Source of the DNA: Balanoglossus misakiensis
Taxonomy: Eukaryota; Animalia; Hemichordata
Assembly (NCBI GenBank): GCA_040954595.2
Contig: CM082587.2
Span: 11,835,262-11,899,261 of the forward strand
DNA length: 64,000 nucleotides
Reading direction: 5' to 3'
Below the pieces are notes generated by a model. The model was not told where the DNA came from. It saw nothing but the letters and a program-made list of their open reading frames with translations, and made no database searches. The position numbers and the translations under genes are program-made. This document shows positions 13,001 to 24,335 of the stretch, in pieces (positions within the stretch are counted from its first letter, which is position 1; each line of letters opens with the position of its first letter).

Positions 13001-16000
13001 GATCTTACGTGCCATTGGAGAGCTCCATTGACTGGTCATTCATACTGTTTTCATTCATTCATTGCGGCATCAATATATTTTATCTATTCTAGCCAAAGAG
13101 CTTGGCACCTGTTGAAATGAACTCATCTGCTGTGGGCCAGTTTATTGGTGGCAGTTGAGCTGAGGAGAGCACCTTCCTTCCCGGCACGCCACCAAGTAAA
13201 GTTCCACGCCGCCCACCACAGATGCCAGCATTCATTCATGCGAGTGAGTGTAATTGCAAATTTGCCTATTCTAGAATTACGTGCCATTGGAGAGCTCCAT
13301 TGACTGGTCATTCATACTGTTTTCATTCATTCATTGCGGCATCAATATATTTTATCTATTCTAGCCAAAGAGCTTGGCACCTGTTGAAATGAACTCATCT
13401 GCTGTGGGCCAGTTTATTGGTGGCAGTTGAGCTGAGGAGAGCACCTTCCTTCCCGGCACGCCACCAAGTAAAGTTCCACGCCGCCCACCACAGATGCCAG
13501 CATTCATTCATGCGAGTGAGTGTAATTGCAAATTTGCCTATTCTAGATCTGTAATGGAAATGGAGAAAGTACCTTATATTTTCTGTAAAATAGACATTTA
13601 ATTGGCAAGCCGTCCTGCATCAATTATGAATTGTGTACATGCACTAAAGCGCCCTCACTGCTGGGTGTGTTGTATGGTCTTTAACCCTGTTTCAAATTAG
13701 AGTACTTTCTGCAATTTCAAGACAGATCTTACGTGCCATTGGAGAGCTCCATTGACTGGTCATTCATACTGTTTTCATTCATTCATTGCGGCATCAATAT
13801 ATTTTATCTATTCTAGCCAAAGAGCTTGGCACCTGTTGAAATGAACTCATCTGCTGTGGGCCAGTTTATTGGTGGCAGTTGAGCTGAGGAGAGCACCTTC
13901 CTTCCCGGCACGCCACCAAGTAAAGTTCCACGCCGCCCACCACAGATGCCAGCATTCATTCATGCGAGTGAGTGTAATTGCAAATTTGCCTATTCTAGAA
14001 TCTTACGTGCCATTGGAGAGCTCCATTGACTGGTCATTCATACTGTTTTCATTCATTCATTGCGGCATCAATATATTTTATCTATTCTAGCCAAAGAGCT
14101 TGGCACCTGTTGAAATGAACTCATCTGCTGTGGGCCAGTTTATTGGTGGCAGTTGAGCTGAGGAGAGCACCTTCCTTCCCGGCACGCCACCAAGTAAAGT
14201 TCCACGCCGCCCACCACAGATGCCAGCATTCATTCATGCGAGTGAGTGTAATTGCAAATTTGCCTATTCTAGATCTGTAATGGAAATGGAGAAAGTACCT
14301 TATATTTTCTGTAAAATAGACATTTAATTGGCAAGCCGTCCTGCATCAATTATTAATTGTGTACATGCACTAAAGCGCCCTCACTGCTGGGTGTGTTGTA
14401 TGGTCTTTAACCCTGTTTCAAATTAGAGTACTTTCTGCAATTTCAAGACAGATCTTACGTGCCATTGGAGAGCTCCATTGACTGGTCATTCATACTGTTT
14501 TCATTCATTCATTGCGGCATCAATATATTTTATCTATTCTAGCCAAAGAGCTTGGCACCTGTTGAAATGAACTCATCTGCTGTGGGCCAGTTTATTGGTG
14601 GCAGTTGAGCTGAGAAGAGCACCTTCCTTCCCGGCACGCCACCAAGTAAAGTTCCACGCCGCCCACCACAGATGCCAGCATTCATTCATGCGAGTGAGTG
14701 TAATTGCAAATTTGCCTATTCTAGATCTGTAATGGAAATGGAGAAAGTACCTTATATTTTCTGTAAAATAGACATTTAATTGGCAAGCCGTCCTGCATCA
14801 ATTATGAATTGTGTACATGCACTAAAGCGCCCTCACTGCTGGGTGTGTTGTATGGTCTTTAACCCTGTTTCAAATTAGAGTACTTTCTGCAATTTCAAGA
14901 CAGATCTTACGTGCCATTGGAGAGCTCCATTGACTGGTCATTCATACTGTTTTCATTCATTCATTGCGGCATCAATATATTTTATCTATTCTAGCCAAAG
15001 AGCTTGGCACCTGTTGAAATGAACTCATCTGCTGTGGGCCAGTTTATTGGTGGCAGTTGAGCTGAGGAGAGCACCTTCCTTCCCGGCACGCCACCAAGTA
15101 AAGTTCCACGCCGCCCACCACAGATGCCAGCATTCATTCATGCGAGTGAGTGTAATTGCAAATTTGCCTATTCTAGATCTGTAATGGAAATGGAGAAAGT
15201 ACCTTATATTTTCTGTAAAATAGACATTTAATTGGCAAGCCGTCCTGCATCAATTATGAATTGTGTACATGCACTAAAGCGCCCTCACTGCTGGGTGTGT
15301 TGTATGGTCTTTAACCCTGTTTCAAATTAGAGTACTTTCTGCAATTTCAAGACAGATCTTACGTGCCATTGGAGAGCTCCATTGACTGGTCATTCATACT
15401 GTTTTCATTCATTCATTGCGGCATCAATATATTTTATCTATTCTAGCCAAAGAGCTTGGCACCTGTTGAAATGAACTCATCTGCTGTGGGCCAGTTTATT
15501 GGTGGCAGTTGAGCTGAGGAGAGCACCTTCCTTCCCGGCACGCCACCAAGTAAAGTTCCACGCCGCCCACCACAGATGCCAGCATTCATTCATGCGAGTG
15601 AGTGTAATTGCAAATTTGCCTATTCTAGATCTGTAATGGAAATGGAGAAAGTACCTTATATTTTCTGTAAAATAGACATTTAATTGGCAAGCCGTCCTGC
15701 ATCAATTATGAATTGTGTACATGCACTAAAGCGCCCTCACTGCTGGGTGTGTTGTATGGTCTTTAACCCTGTTTCAAATTAGAGTACTTTCTGCAATTTC
15801 AAGACAGATCTTACGTGCCATTGGAGAGCTCCATTGACTGGTCATTCATACTGTTTTCATTCATTCATTGCGGCATCAATATATTTTATCTATTCTAGCC
15901 AAAGAGCTTGGCACCTGTTGAAATGAACTCATCTGCTGTGGGCCAGTTTATTGGTGGCAGTTGAGCTGAGAAGAGCACCTTCCTTCCCGGCACGCCACCA

Positions 16001-19000
16001 AGTAAAGTTCCACGCCGCCCACCACAGATGCCAGCATTCATTCATGCGAGTGAGTGTAATTGCAAATTTGCCTATTCTAGAATCTTACGTGCCATTGGAG
16101 AGCTCCATTGACTGGTCATTCATACTGTTTTCATTCATTCATTGCGGCATCAATATATTTTATCTATTCTAGCCAAAGAGCTTGGCACCTGTTGAAATGA
16201 ACTCATCTGCTGTGGGCCAGTTTATTGGTGGCAGTTGAGCTGAGGAGAGCACCTTCCTTCCCGGGACGCCACCAAGTAAAGTTCCACGCCGCCCACCACA
16301 GATGCCAGCATTCATTCATGCGAGTGAGTGTAATTGCAAATTTGCCTATTCTAGATTCTTACGTGCCATTGGAGAGCTCCATTGACTGGTCATTCATACT
16401 GTTTTCATTCATTCATTGCGGCATCAATATATTTTATCTATTCTAGCCAAAGAGCTTGGCACCTGTTGAAATGAACTCATCTGCTGTGGGCCAGTTTATT
16501 GGTGGCAGTTGAGCTGAGGAGAGCACCTTCCTTCCCGGCACGCCACCAAGTAAAGTTCCACGCCGCCCACCACAGATGCCAGCATTCATTCATGCGAGTG
16601 AGTGTAATTGCAAATTTGCCTATTCTAGATCTGTAATGGAAATGGAGAAAGTACCTTATATTTTCTGTAAAATAGACATTTAATTGGCAAGCCGTCCTGC
16701 ATCAATTATTAATTGTGTACATGCACTAAAGCGCCCTCACTGCTGGGTGTGTTGTATGGTCTTTAACCCTGTTTCAAATTAGAGTACTTTCTGCAATTTC
16801 AAGACAGATCTTACGTGCCATTGGAGAGCTCCATTGACTGGTCATTCATACTGTTTTCATTCATTCATTGCGGCATCAATATATTTTATCTATTCTAGCC
16901 AAAGAGCTTGGCACCTGTTGAAATGAACTCATCTGCTGTGGGCCAGTTTATTGGTGGCAGTTGAGCTGAGGAGAGCACCTTCCTTCCCGGCACGCCACCA
17001 AGTAAAGTTCCACGCCGCCCACCACAGATGCCAGCATTCATTCATGCGAGTGAGTGTAATTGCAAATTTGCCTATTCTAGATCTGTAATGGAAATGGAGA
17101 AAGTACCTTATATTTTCTGTAAAATAGACATTTAATTGGCAAGCCGTCCTGCATCAATTATGAATTGTGTACATGCACTAAAGCGCCCTCACTGCTGGGT
17201 GTGTTGTATGGTCTTTAACCCTGTTTCAAATTAGAGTACTTTCTGCAATTTCAAGACAGATCTTACGTGCCATTGGAGAGCTCCATTGACTGGTCATTCA
17301 TACTGTTTTCATTCATTCATTGCGGCATCAATATATTTTATGTATTCTAGCCAAAGAGCTTGGCACCTGTTGAAATGAACTCATCTGCTGTGGGCCAGTT
17401 TATTGGTGGCAGTTGAGCTGAGGAGAGCACCTTCCTTCCCGGCACGCCACCAAGTAAAGTTCCACGCCGCCCACCACAGATGCCAGCATTCATTCATGCG
17501 AGTGAGTGTAATTGCAAATTTGCCTATTCTAGATCTGTAATGGAAATGGAGAAAGTACCTTATATTTTCTGTAAAATAGACATTTAATTGGCAAGCCGTC
17601 CTGCATCAATTATTAATTGTGTACATGCACTAAAGCGCCCTCACTGCTGGGTGTGTTGTATGGTCTTTAACCCTGTTTCAAATTAGAGTACTTTCTGCAA
17701 TTTCAAGACAGATCTTACGTGCCATTGGAGAGCTCCATTGACTGGTCATTCATACTGTTTTCATTCATTCATTGCGGCATCAATATATTTTATCTATTCT
17801 AGCCAAAGAGCTTGGCACCTGTTGAAATGAACTCATCTGCTGTGGGCCAGTTTATTGGTGGCAGTTGAGCTGAGGAGAGCACCTTCCTTCCCGGCACGCC
17901 ACCAAGTAAAGTTCCACGCCGCCCACCACAGATGCCAGCATTCATTCATGCGAGTGAGTGTAATTGCAAATTTGCCTATTCTAGAATTACGTGCCATTGG
18001 AGAGCTCCATTGACTGGTCATTCATACTGTTTTCATTCATTCATTGCGGCATCAATATATTTTATCTATTCTAGCCAAAGAGCTTGGCACCTGTTGAAAT
18101 GAACTCATCTGCTGTGGGCCAGTTTATTGGTGGCAGTTGAGCTGAGGAGAGCACCTTCCTTCCCGGCACGCCACCAAGTAAAGTTCCACGCCGCCCACCA
18201 CAGATGCCAGCATTCATTCATGCGAGTGAGTGTAATTGCAAATTTGCCTATTCTAGATCTGTAATGGAAATGGAGAAAGTACCTTATATTTTCTGTAAAA
18301 TAGACATTTAATTGGCAAGCCGTCCTGCATCAATTATGAATTGTGTACATGCACTAAAGCGCCCTCACTGCTGGGTGTGTTGTATGGTCTTTAACCCTGT
18401 TTCAAATTAGAGTACTTTCTGCAATTTCAAGACAGATCTTACGTGCCATTGGAGAGCTCCATTGACTGGTCATTCATACTGTTTTCATTCATTCATTGCG
18501 GCATCAATATATTTTATCTATTCTAGCCAAAGAGCTTGGCACCTGTTGAAATGAACTCATCTGCTGTGGGCCAGTTTATTGGTGGCAGTTGAGCTGAGGA
18601 GAGCACCTTCCTTCCCGGCACGCCACCAAGTAAAGTTCCACGCCGCCCACCACAGATGCCAGCATTCATTCATGCGAGTGAGTGTAATTGCAAATTTGCC
18701 TATTCTAGATCTGTAATGGAAATGGAGAAAGTACCTTATATTTTCTGTAAAATAGACATTTAATTGGCAAGCCGTCCTGCATCAATTATGAATTGTGTAC
18801 ATGCACTAAAGCGCCCTCACTGCTGGGTGTGTTGTATGGTCTTTAACCCTGTTTCAAATTAGAGTACTTTCTGCAATTTCAAGACAGATCTTACGTGCCA
18901 TTGGAGAGCTCCATTGACTGGTCATTCATACTGTTTTCATTCATTCATTGCGGCATCAATATATTTTATCTATTCTAGCCAAAGAGCTTGGCACCTGTTG

Positions 19001-19080
19001 AAATGAACTCATCTGCTGTGGGCCAGTTTATTGGTGGCAGTTGAGCTGAGGAGAGCACCTTCCTTCCCGGCACGCCACCA

Positions 19081-20884
19081 AGTAAAGTTCCACGTGCATT
19101 CCTGGCCCTGGTTTTATTTATGTTTACAGACAATATTGCATTTTTGTACAAGTATTTTAATCAACTATAAATTTTGAATGTGTCATTTACCTGAACCGGT
19201 CATGTTGACCAGAATGATACATTTCTGCCTTCACTCACCCTATAAATATGTGATTGAGACATAGGTCATTTGCATAAGCTAACATACCAGAAAGTAAGCA
19301 TATCTGTTGTTTTCCCTGTGTCACTGCCATCAAAGTAAAAATTAGACGTTGTGTAGAGCAAACTCCAATTTTTTGTTCTCAATAAACATGGATGAATTAC
19401 ATAGAATGTGTTTGTTGTTTACAGTCTTTAAATGACACATTAGATTATGCACTTTACAAAACGTTTCTGAGAAACAAGTGACTAACTAGTTTCTTTCCAC
19501 TGTGGCCAACGTGGTTCACTGTTTGTGTCAGAATCTCTCTGTTTTGCAAGGATTTTGAAATCATAGTGGTGACATGCATAGTGAAAATCAGCTACTTTCA
19601 AATGTCCGTCATGTTCATGCTGTAATTGAATTTTCAAAGCTGGGCTGGCGTGTTTTTTCTTATTTACATAAGTATCACACTTTATACATGTATCTTCATG
19701 GGGTTTTTTGAGTCCCGTATTTAGGTCCTCTCTCACAATTTTACGAAATATCGTATAACTGACAGTTGTTCTTCCCAGAAGAGATTGGTTGGTTATGAAC
19801 TCTCGGTGTAACTGCGATATACTGTGGTCCGGCGCCAGGTACGGTTTAAATCGAGGATTCCTGCAGTAGTGAGATTCTACAATTCTGTGCCTGCGTACGT
19901 GTTCAGTGATATCAGTCAGCAAATTTGGATTGAGTTTCCGACGATGCCCTTTGTGTCGGCCCCTTGCATCTGGCATCAGACCAGTAAAGTTCCATGTGCA
20001 TTCCTGGCCCTGGTTTTATTTATGTTTACAGACAATATTGCATTTTTGTACAAGTATTTTAATCAACTATAAATTTTGAATGTGTCATTTACCTGAACCG
20101 GTCATGTTGACCAGAATGATACATTTCTGCCTTCACTCACCCTATAAATATGTGATTGAGACATAGGTCATTTGCATAAGCTAACATACCAGAAAGTAAG
20201 CATATCTGTTGTTTTCCCTGTGTCACTGCCATCAAAGTAAAAATTAGACGTTGTGTAGAGCAAACTCCAATTTTTTGTTCTCAATAAACATGGATGAATT
20301 ACATAGAATGTGTTTGTTGTTTACAGTCTTTAAATGACACATTAGATTATGCACTTTACAAAACGTTTCTGAGAAACAAGTGACTAACTAGTTTCTTTCC
20401 ACTGTGGCCAACGTGGTTCACTGTTTGTGTCAGAATCTCTCTGTTTTGCAAGGATTTTGAAATCATAGTGGTGACATGCATAGTGAAAATCAGCTACTTT
20501 CAAATGTCCGTCATGTTCATGCTGTAATTGAATTTTCAAAGCTGGGCTGGCGTGTTTTTTCTTATTTACATAAGTATCACACTTTATACATGTATCTTCA
20601 TGGGGTTTTCTGAGTCCCGTATTTAGGTCCTCTCTCACAATTTTACGAAATATCGTATAACTGACAGTTGTTCTTCCCAGAAGAGATTGGTTGGTTATGA
20701 ACTCTCGGTGTAACTGCGATATACTGTGGTCCGGCGCCAGGTACGGTTTAAATCGAGGATTCCTGCAGTAGTGAGATTCTACAATTCTGTGCCTGCGTAC
20801 GTGTTCAGTGATATCAGTCAGCAAATTTGGATTGAGTTTCCGACGATGCCCTTTGTGTCGGCCCCTTGCATCTGGCATCAGACC
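19081..20884. repeat. 902-bp direct tandem duplication (19081-19982 / 19983-20884)
   Basis: Same sequence at offset 902 (ORF stops at 19482 and 20384). Two differences seen: 19093 C/19995 T and 19708 T/20610 C. Confidence 0.97.
19482..19976 (-). pseudogene. 5'-truncated duplicate of the transposase N-half gene (164 aa from an internal Met)
   Basis: Identical to the last 164 aa of 20384-21340 except GLKKP vs GLRKP. Created by the 902-bp duplication. Confidence 0.85.
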
Positions 20885-21340
20885 AGTTGAACAGTGCATC
20901 ATTTTGCTTAGAACGGTTCTAGTCCGCCTCTCACTAATGCCAAATAATTTCAGGAATGCATTTTTGCAGACAGTAACCGTTTCACCGCCTTCATTCACCA
21001 GGTGATAACGAACCGATTTCTTGTGTGACTTCATCTGTATATCCATCAGTTTGTAGAGCATCAAGTTCTGTTCATTATACACGCGACCATCAAAATATTT
21101 TCTCGTGGTGCCTAAAACATGCGTACTCCCAAGCTTCCGCAGACAATTCCCTTGAACGCAGGCGCATTCCAAGGAAAGACTGTCAATATCTGGAAAAGGG
21201 CGATTTTTCCTTGGTTTTTGTCTCGGACACGTCTTTTTAGAATTCCTACGTGGCTTGTTGGCTCGAGCTGACAGTTCGGTTCTGCGTTGCTGCCACACAG
21301 GAATGGGTTCCCACGCATAAGCAACTCCCCGGCAGGCCAT
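20384..21340 (-). CDS. Transposase N-terminal half (Cys/His-rich DNA-binding region, Sola1-like), 318 aa
   Basis: Motifs CACVQGNC, VTVCKNAFLKLFGISERR, DARGRH, ESHYCR, YL..., KPHEDTCIKCD and H..H occur in the order typical of the N-terminal part of this transposase family. True ATG at 21340 in ACCATGG context; the ORF track start at 21346 is GTG. Confidence 0.8.
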   Translation of the reverse strand: MACRGVAYAWEPIPVWQQRRTELSARANKPRRNSKKTCPRQKPRKNRPFPDIDSLSLECACVQGNCLRKLGSTHVLGTTRKYFDGRVYNEQNLMLYKLMDIQMKSHKKSVRYHLVNEGGETVTVCKNAFLKLFGISERRTRTVLSKMMHCSTGLMPDARGRHKGHRRKLNPNLLTDITEHVRRHRIVESHYCRNPRFKPYLAPDHSISQLHREFITNQSLLGRTTVSYTIFRKIVREDLNTGLRKPHEDTCIKCDTYVNKKKHASPALKIQLQHEHDGHLKVADFHYACHHYDFKILAKQRDSDTNSEPRWPQWKETS

Positions 21341-21511
21341 GGTCACAGCTGAAGTATTTGTTCAAGTACTGACTGACTAAACGCGGCATGGAACAAACGA
21401 ACGAACGAACGAACGACTTCACGTTCGGAAAAAAAATCGTTGCGAGCTGTTGGGTGCCTCTATAGTTGTCGGCAACCGTTCTTTTTTATTGCTAAACAAT
21501 GCTGTCAGAGC
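21341..21511. promoter_or_regulatory. 171-bp divergent intergenic region (putative bidirectional promoter) with (AACG)5 at 21396-21415
   Basis: Lies between two divergent ATGs that both have good Kozak context. Promoter function is inferred only from geometry. Confidence 0.5.
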
Positions 21512-22525
21512 ATGGAAGGTGTGGTGGAAAACGAACAGAGGTTTTGTACGACCAACGATTGGATGGTGCTACATATGGACTTCCACAAGTCATTGCCGGT
21601 TCCTAAACTCAGCTCTGAAGACTTTTACTTTAAATCGAAATTGCAAATGAAGCTCCTTGGAATTTACAACGGGACAACGGAAAAGATGCATTGTTATGTA
21701 TGGACAGAGCTCGATAGCAGAAAGTCTCCCGATGAAGTTATTACCTGTCTAAATCACTTTTTTTATAACTCGGGTGTGACCAGCAGACATGCAGTTATTT
21801 ACAGCGACAACTGCCGTGCCGAATTCAAGTGTGGGAAGTTAATGTTTTACTATGACTATCTGTTACGAAAGGGCGTGTTTCGACGAATTGACTATAAAAC
21901 TCTTGTGGCTGGACACACGTACTCCACCTGTGACCGAGTTTTTGCGTCCATTGAAAGGCATGCAAGTCGTTTCCAGAGTATAGAGACACCTCACGATTGG
22001 ACATCTGTGATTCGAGGATCTTCTCTGAATGGGAACATTGGAGTTACGGAGATGACTCACAGAGACTTTTTCAATTATTCTGATTTCCTGAAAAATGAGT
22101 ACGTTGTGCGTTATGCAGATACAAACAATGTAACTTTTTACTACCAAGCCATGCACTATTTTAATTTTGGAGAAGGAGAAAGGCTTGATACCGACGGCAA
22201 CCTCAGAACATTTAGTCATGCAGATAAAGTTTGGGTGAGAACATCTCTAGATCCAAGCGAGACCCCGATTGTAGTCGACTTTAGAAAGAAGAAGCAGAAC
22301 CGGCGTTTACAAGATTGTACGCTGAACAAACTTTATCAGGAACGTCGACCACTGGCGAGCAAAGTTTGGCGGGATCTTCAGAGTTTAGCCAAAAATTACC
22401 TGTCTCCGGAGGCAATAGAATTTTATAGGAATCTACCGCTTCAGGAGAGTAGTGGCACCTCTGCAGACCCGTACGCCTTTCATGATGATGACGACGACGA
22501 TGATGATGATATGGGCGGTGGTTGA
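21512..22525 (+). CDS. Transposase catalytic half (RNase H-fold DDD, Sola1-like), 337 aa with acidic C-terminal tail
   Basis: Motifs VLHMDFHKSLPVP, FYFKSKL, CYVWTE, DEVITCL, IYSDNCRAEFK and VAGHTYSTCDRVFASIE give the D, D, H-x4-D signature. ATG at 21512 in AGCATGG. Tail HDDDDDDDDDMGGG. Confidence 0.88.
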   Translation: MEGVVENEQRFCTTNDWMVLHMDFHKSLPVPKLSSEDFYFKSKLQMKLLGIYNGTTEKMHCYVWTELDSRKSPDEVITCLNHFFYNSGVTSRHAVIYSDNCRAEFKCGKLMFYYDYLLRKGVFRRIDYKTLVAGHTYSTCDRVFASIERHASRFQSIETPHDWTSVIRGSSLNGNIGVTEMTHRDFFNYSDFLKNEYVVRYADTNNVTFYYQAMHYFNFGEGERLDTDGNLRTFSHADKVWVRTSLDPSETPIVVDFRKKKQNRRLQDCTLNKLYQERRPLASKVWRDLQSLAKNYLSPEAIEFYRNLPLQESSGTSADPYAFHDDDDDDDDDMGGG

Positions 22526-22685
22526 ACAAACTGTCCTTTTCATGACGACAGTGATTTTGGATATTTGATGTGCGTGCACAGTTTATATGTAATATTTTCA
22601 CACGAACGAGTTTTGACTGAATTTGATTAAAGAATGTACTCGATAATTAACAAATGTGCTGAATCGTGGTTATTATGTTGTTAAT

Positions 22686-22711
22686 TTTTGTTTGTTTGTT
22701 TGTTTGTTTGT
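22686..22711. repeat. (TTTG)n microsatellite downstream of the catalytic gene
   Basis: TTTTGTTTGTTTGTTTGTTTGTTTGT read directly. An ATTAAA poly(A)-signal candidate lies at 22626-22631. Confidence 0.8.
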
Positions 22712-23008
22712 AAACAATTTCCGTTCATTCAACTGGCTACAAAGTTGGATTTTTGTACTGGGAAGCGATAAACTCGCACATCAAAACCGGGGAGACTCGA
22801 TCATTTTTCCCTGCAGGTAGCCTGAAAAGCACCCGGGCAGAGATTACGTCATATATGGTCCACTTTAATACGAAATTATGCAAATGTGACATTTCACGGA
22901 AACGGCGTATATAAAAGCGACCCTGGGCTATTGTTCGGAATGCGTCATCGACGAGAGAGTGACTGATAATTCTTCTACCTCGAGTCAACCATTCTGTATA
23001 TACTGAAC

Positions 23009-24335
23009 ATGGCTAGCTGGCGCAGGAAGAGACAAGGCAATGTGCGGTCTGTAATCAACGAACGGCACCGCTCAGTTCAGTGTCCCTTTCTTCAAAAGTG
23101 GATCGGTGAGCAATTGGTATTTTCAGGTCGTTCAGAGGATGAAGTCCAGTCCAGTACTGTATTTGAGAGCTACAAATGTTGGGTTGAAAACTATTCGTCG
23201 GCGGACAATCAAGTAATGATTATGGTTACTAAAGCTCGATTTTTCAAGGTGAGAATGATCGCATTTTTCTTCCCCCCCCCCCTCCCTCCCCCAAGGGACT
23301 CGTTTTCTGTCTCTTTTAAACCTGTAACTTAACGAAAAGGAAGTTTTTCACATATCTCTTTGTTGACACTATAGCAATTTGGAGCGCGGATGCTTCAAGA
23401 GAATAGCGTTACCAAATCAAAGTCGGCCGGGGTTAATATTTATAGAGGTGTTCGTCTGAAAGCTGGTTCGCGAAGAATCTCAACGGGGAAACCTGAGCAC
23501 AGTGTACTTCAGACCAGGGCAAGGGCATTTCTTGATGACGCCAGCGTGACCGTTCCGATCGAGGTAAGAATGGTGTTTTGTTTGGACTAGGACAATAGAA
23601 CGTTGCAATGAGTGTGTCAATGGGTGTCCAAGTGCAAACGTGGTCGGCTTCTGTCCACAAATGCCATTAATTTTAGGCAGGATTTATAAAATTGTCAATG
23701 AAGAATACAAAAATGAAAAACAATAGTTAATAGCAAACGGGTAGGATTGCAAGGGCTTGTAAAACGGTACACACTGTACCAGGAAGTTTGCAACACTAAT
23801 GAAGAATGTATATGATATATTTAGGTGAGAACTGTTCGCGATCGCCGGGACGCAGGACGGTGCGCGTTTTCGACGAGGGATCTTCAAGCCTGGAACGTCG
23901 TCTGCGAATACCGGGGCACGGTTATTAGCGTTGAAGAAGCTAGTCGGCGTGATGAACTTTACAGGGCAGAGGGGAAACGACCACGCATGTTTCATCTCTA
24001 CATTGGAAAGAGACACGTTGTGTGAGTGTATCACTTAGTCGAATATATGGTCATATATTGCAAAGCATCTGTCGAAATAGAAAACGTAATATTGTCTATA
24101 TTTTCCTCATTAACGCAGCATTGACGGATACGATGTCCCAGCCGGTGAAGAAAATTTAGCGGGCCTAATAAATCACAGTCAGCAGAACGCCAACTTGGTA
24201 CCGGTTCGGATCGGAGAGCGCCTGGTTTTCTTTGCAACCAGGAATCTTTGTCAGGGAGTAGAGCTTTTGTATGATTACGGTGACGGGGGTGAAGAGGATT
24301 TCTTCAGTGGTTCTCAAACTTTTCCTGAAAATTAA
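23009..24335 (+). CDS. Spliced gene, 280 aa: N-terminal winged-helix-like domain + PR-Set7/SETD8-like SET methyltransferase; exons 23009-23248, 23375-23563, 23825-24021, 24119-24335
   Basis: Three GT-AG introns (AAG|GTGAGA, GAG|GTAAGA, GT|GTGAGT; acceptors ATAG, TTAG, GCAG) join in frame (843 nt). SET motifs GRCAFSTRD, VCEYRG, IDG, LAGLINHS and ELLYDYGD. N-terminus FLQKWI...VFESYKCW...FFKQFG...IYRGVRLK resembles RFX/D5-primase C-terminal winged helices. Confidence 0.88.

Larger units (their letters stand above)
1..19094. repeat. Satellite array, left arm: 452-bp MITE-containing monomers interspersed with 272/274/275-bp MITE-less monomers
   Basis: GTGGGCCAGTTTATTGG recurs at 1, 453, 905 and onward. 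Spacing of the recurring short ORFs is fully explained by 452/274/272/275-bp units. 33 full long monomers. The array breaks at ...AAGTAAAGTTCCACG (19094). Confidence 0.99.

Noticed and set aside
19095-20960. TGCATTCCTG (19095) / CAGGAATGCA (20951) as a TIR pair
   Set aside because: Only 10 bp, the partner lies inside the transposase ORF, and there is no TSD. Likely chance.
19824-22988. Short ORFs antisense to, overlapping or adjacent to the transposase halves (19824, 20808, 21025, 21112, 21450, 21863, 22281, 22737)
   Set aside because: No motifs. Most are shadows of the real ORFs.
23009-24237. ORFs 23009-23332, 23390-23590 and 23825-24025 as separate genes, plus minus-strand ORFs there
   Set aside because: The + ORFs are exons of one spliced gene reading into introns, and the - ORFs are shadows.
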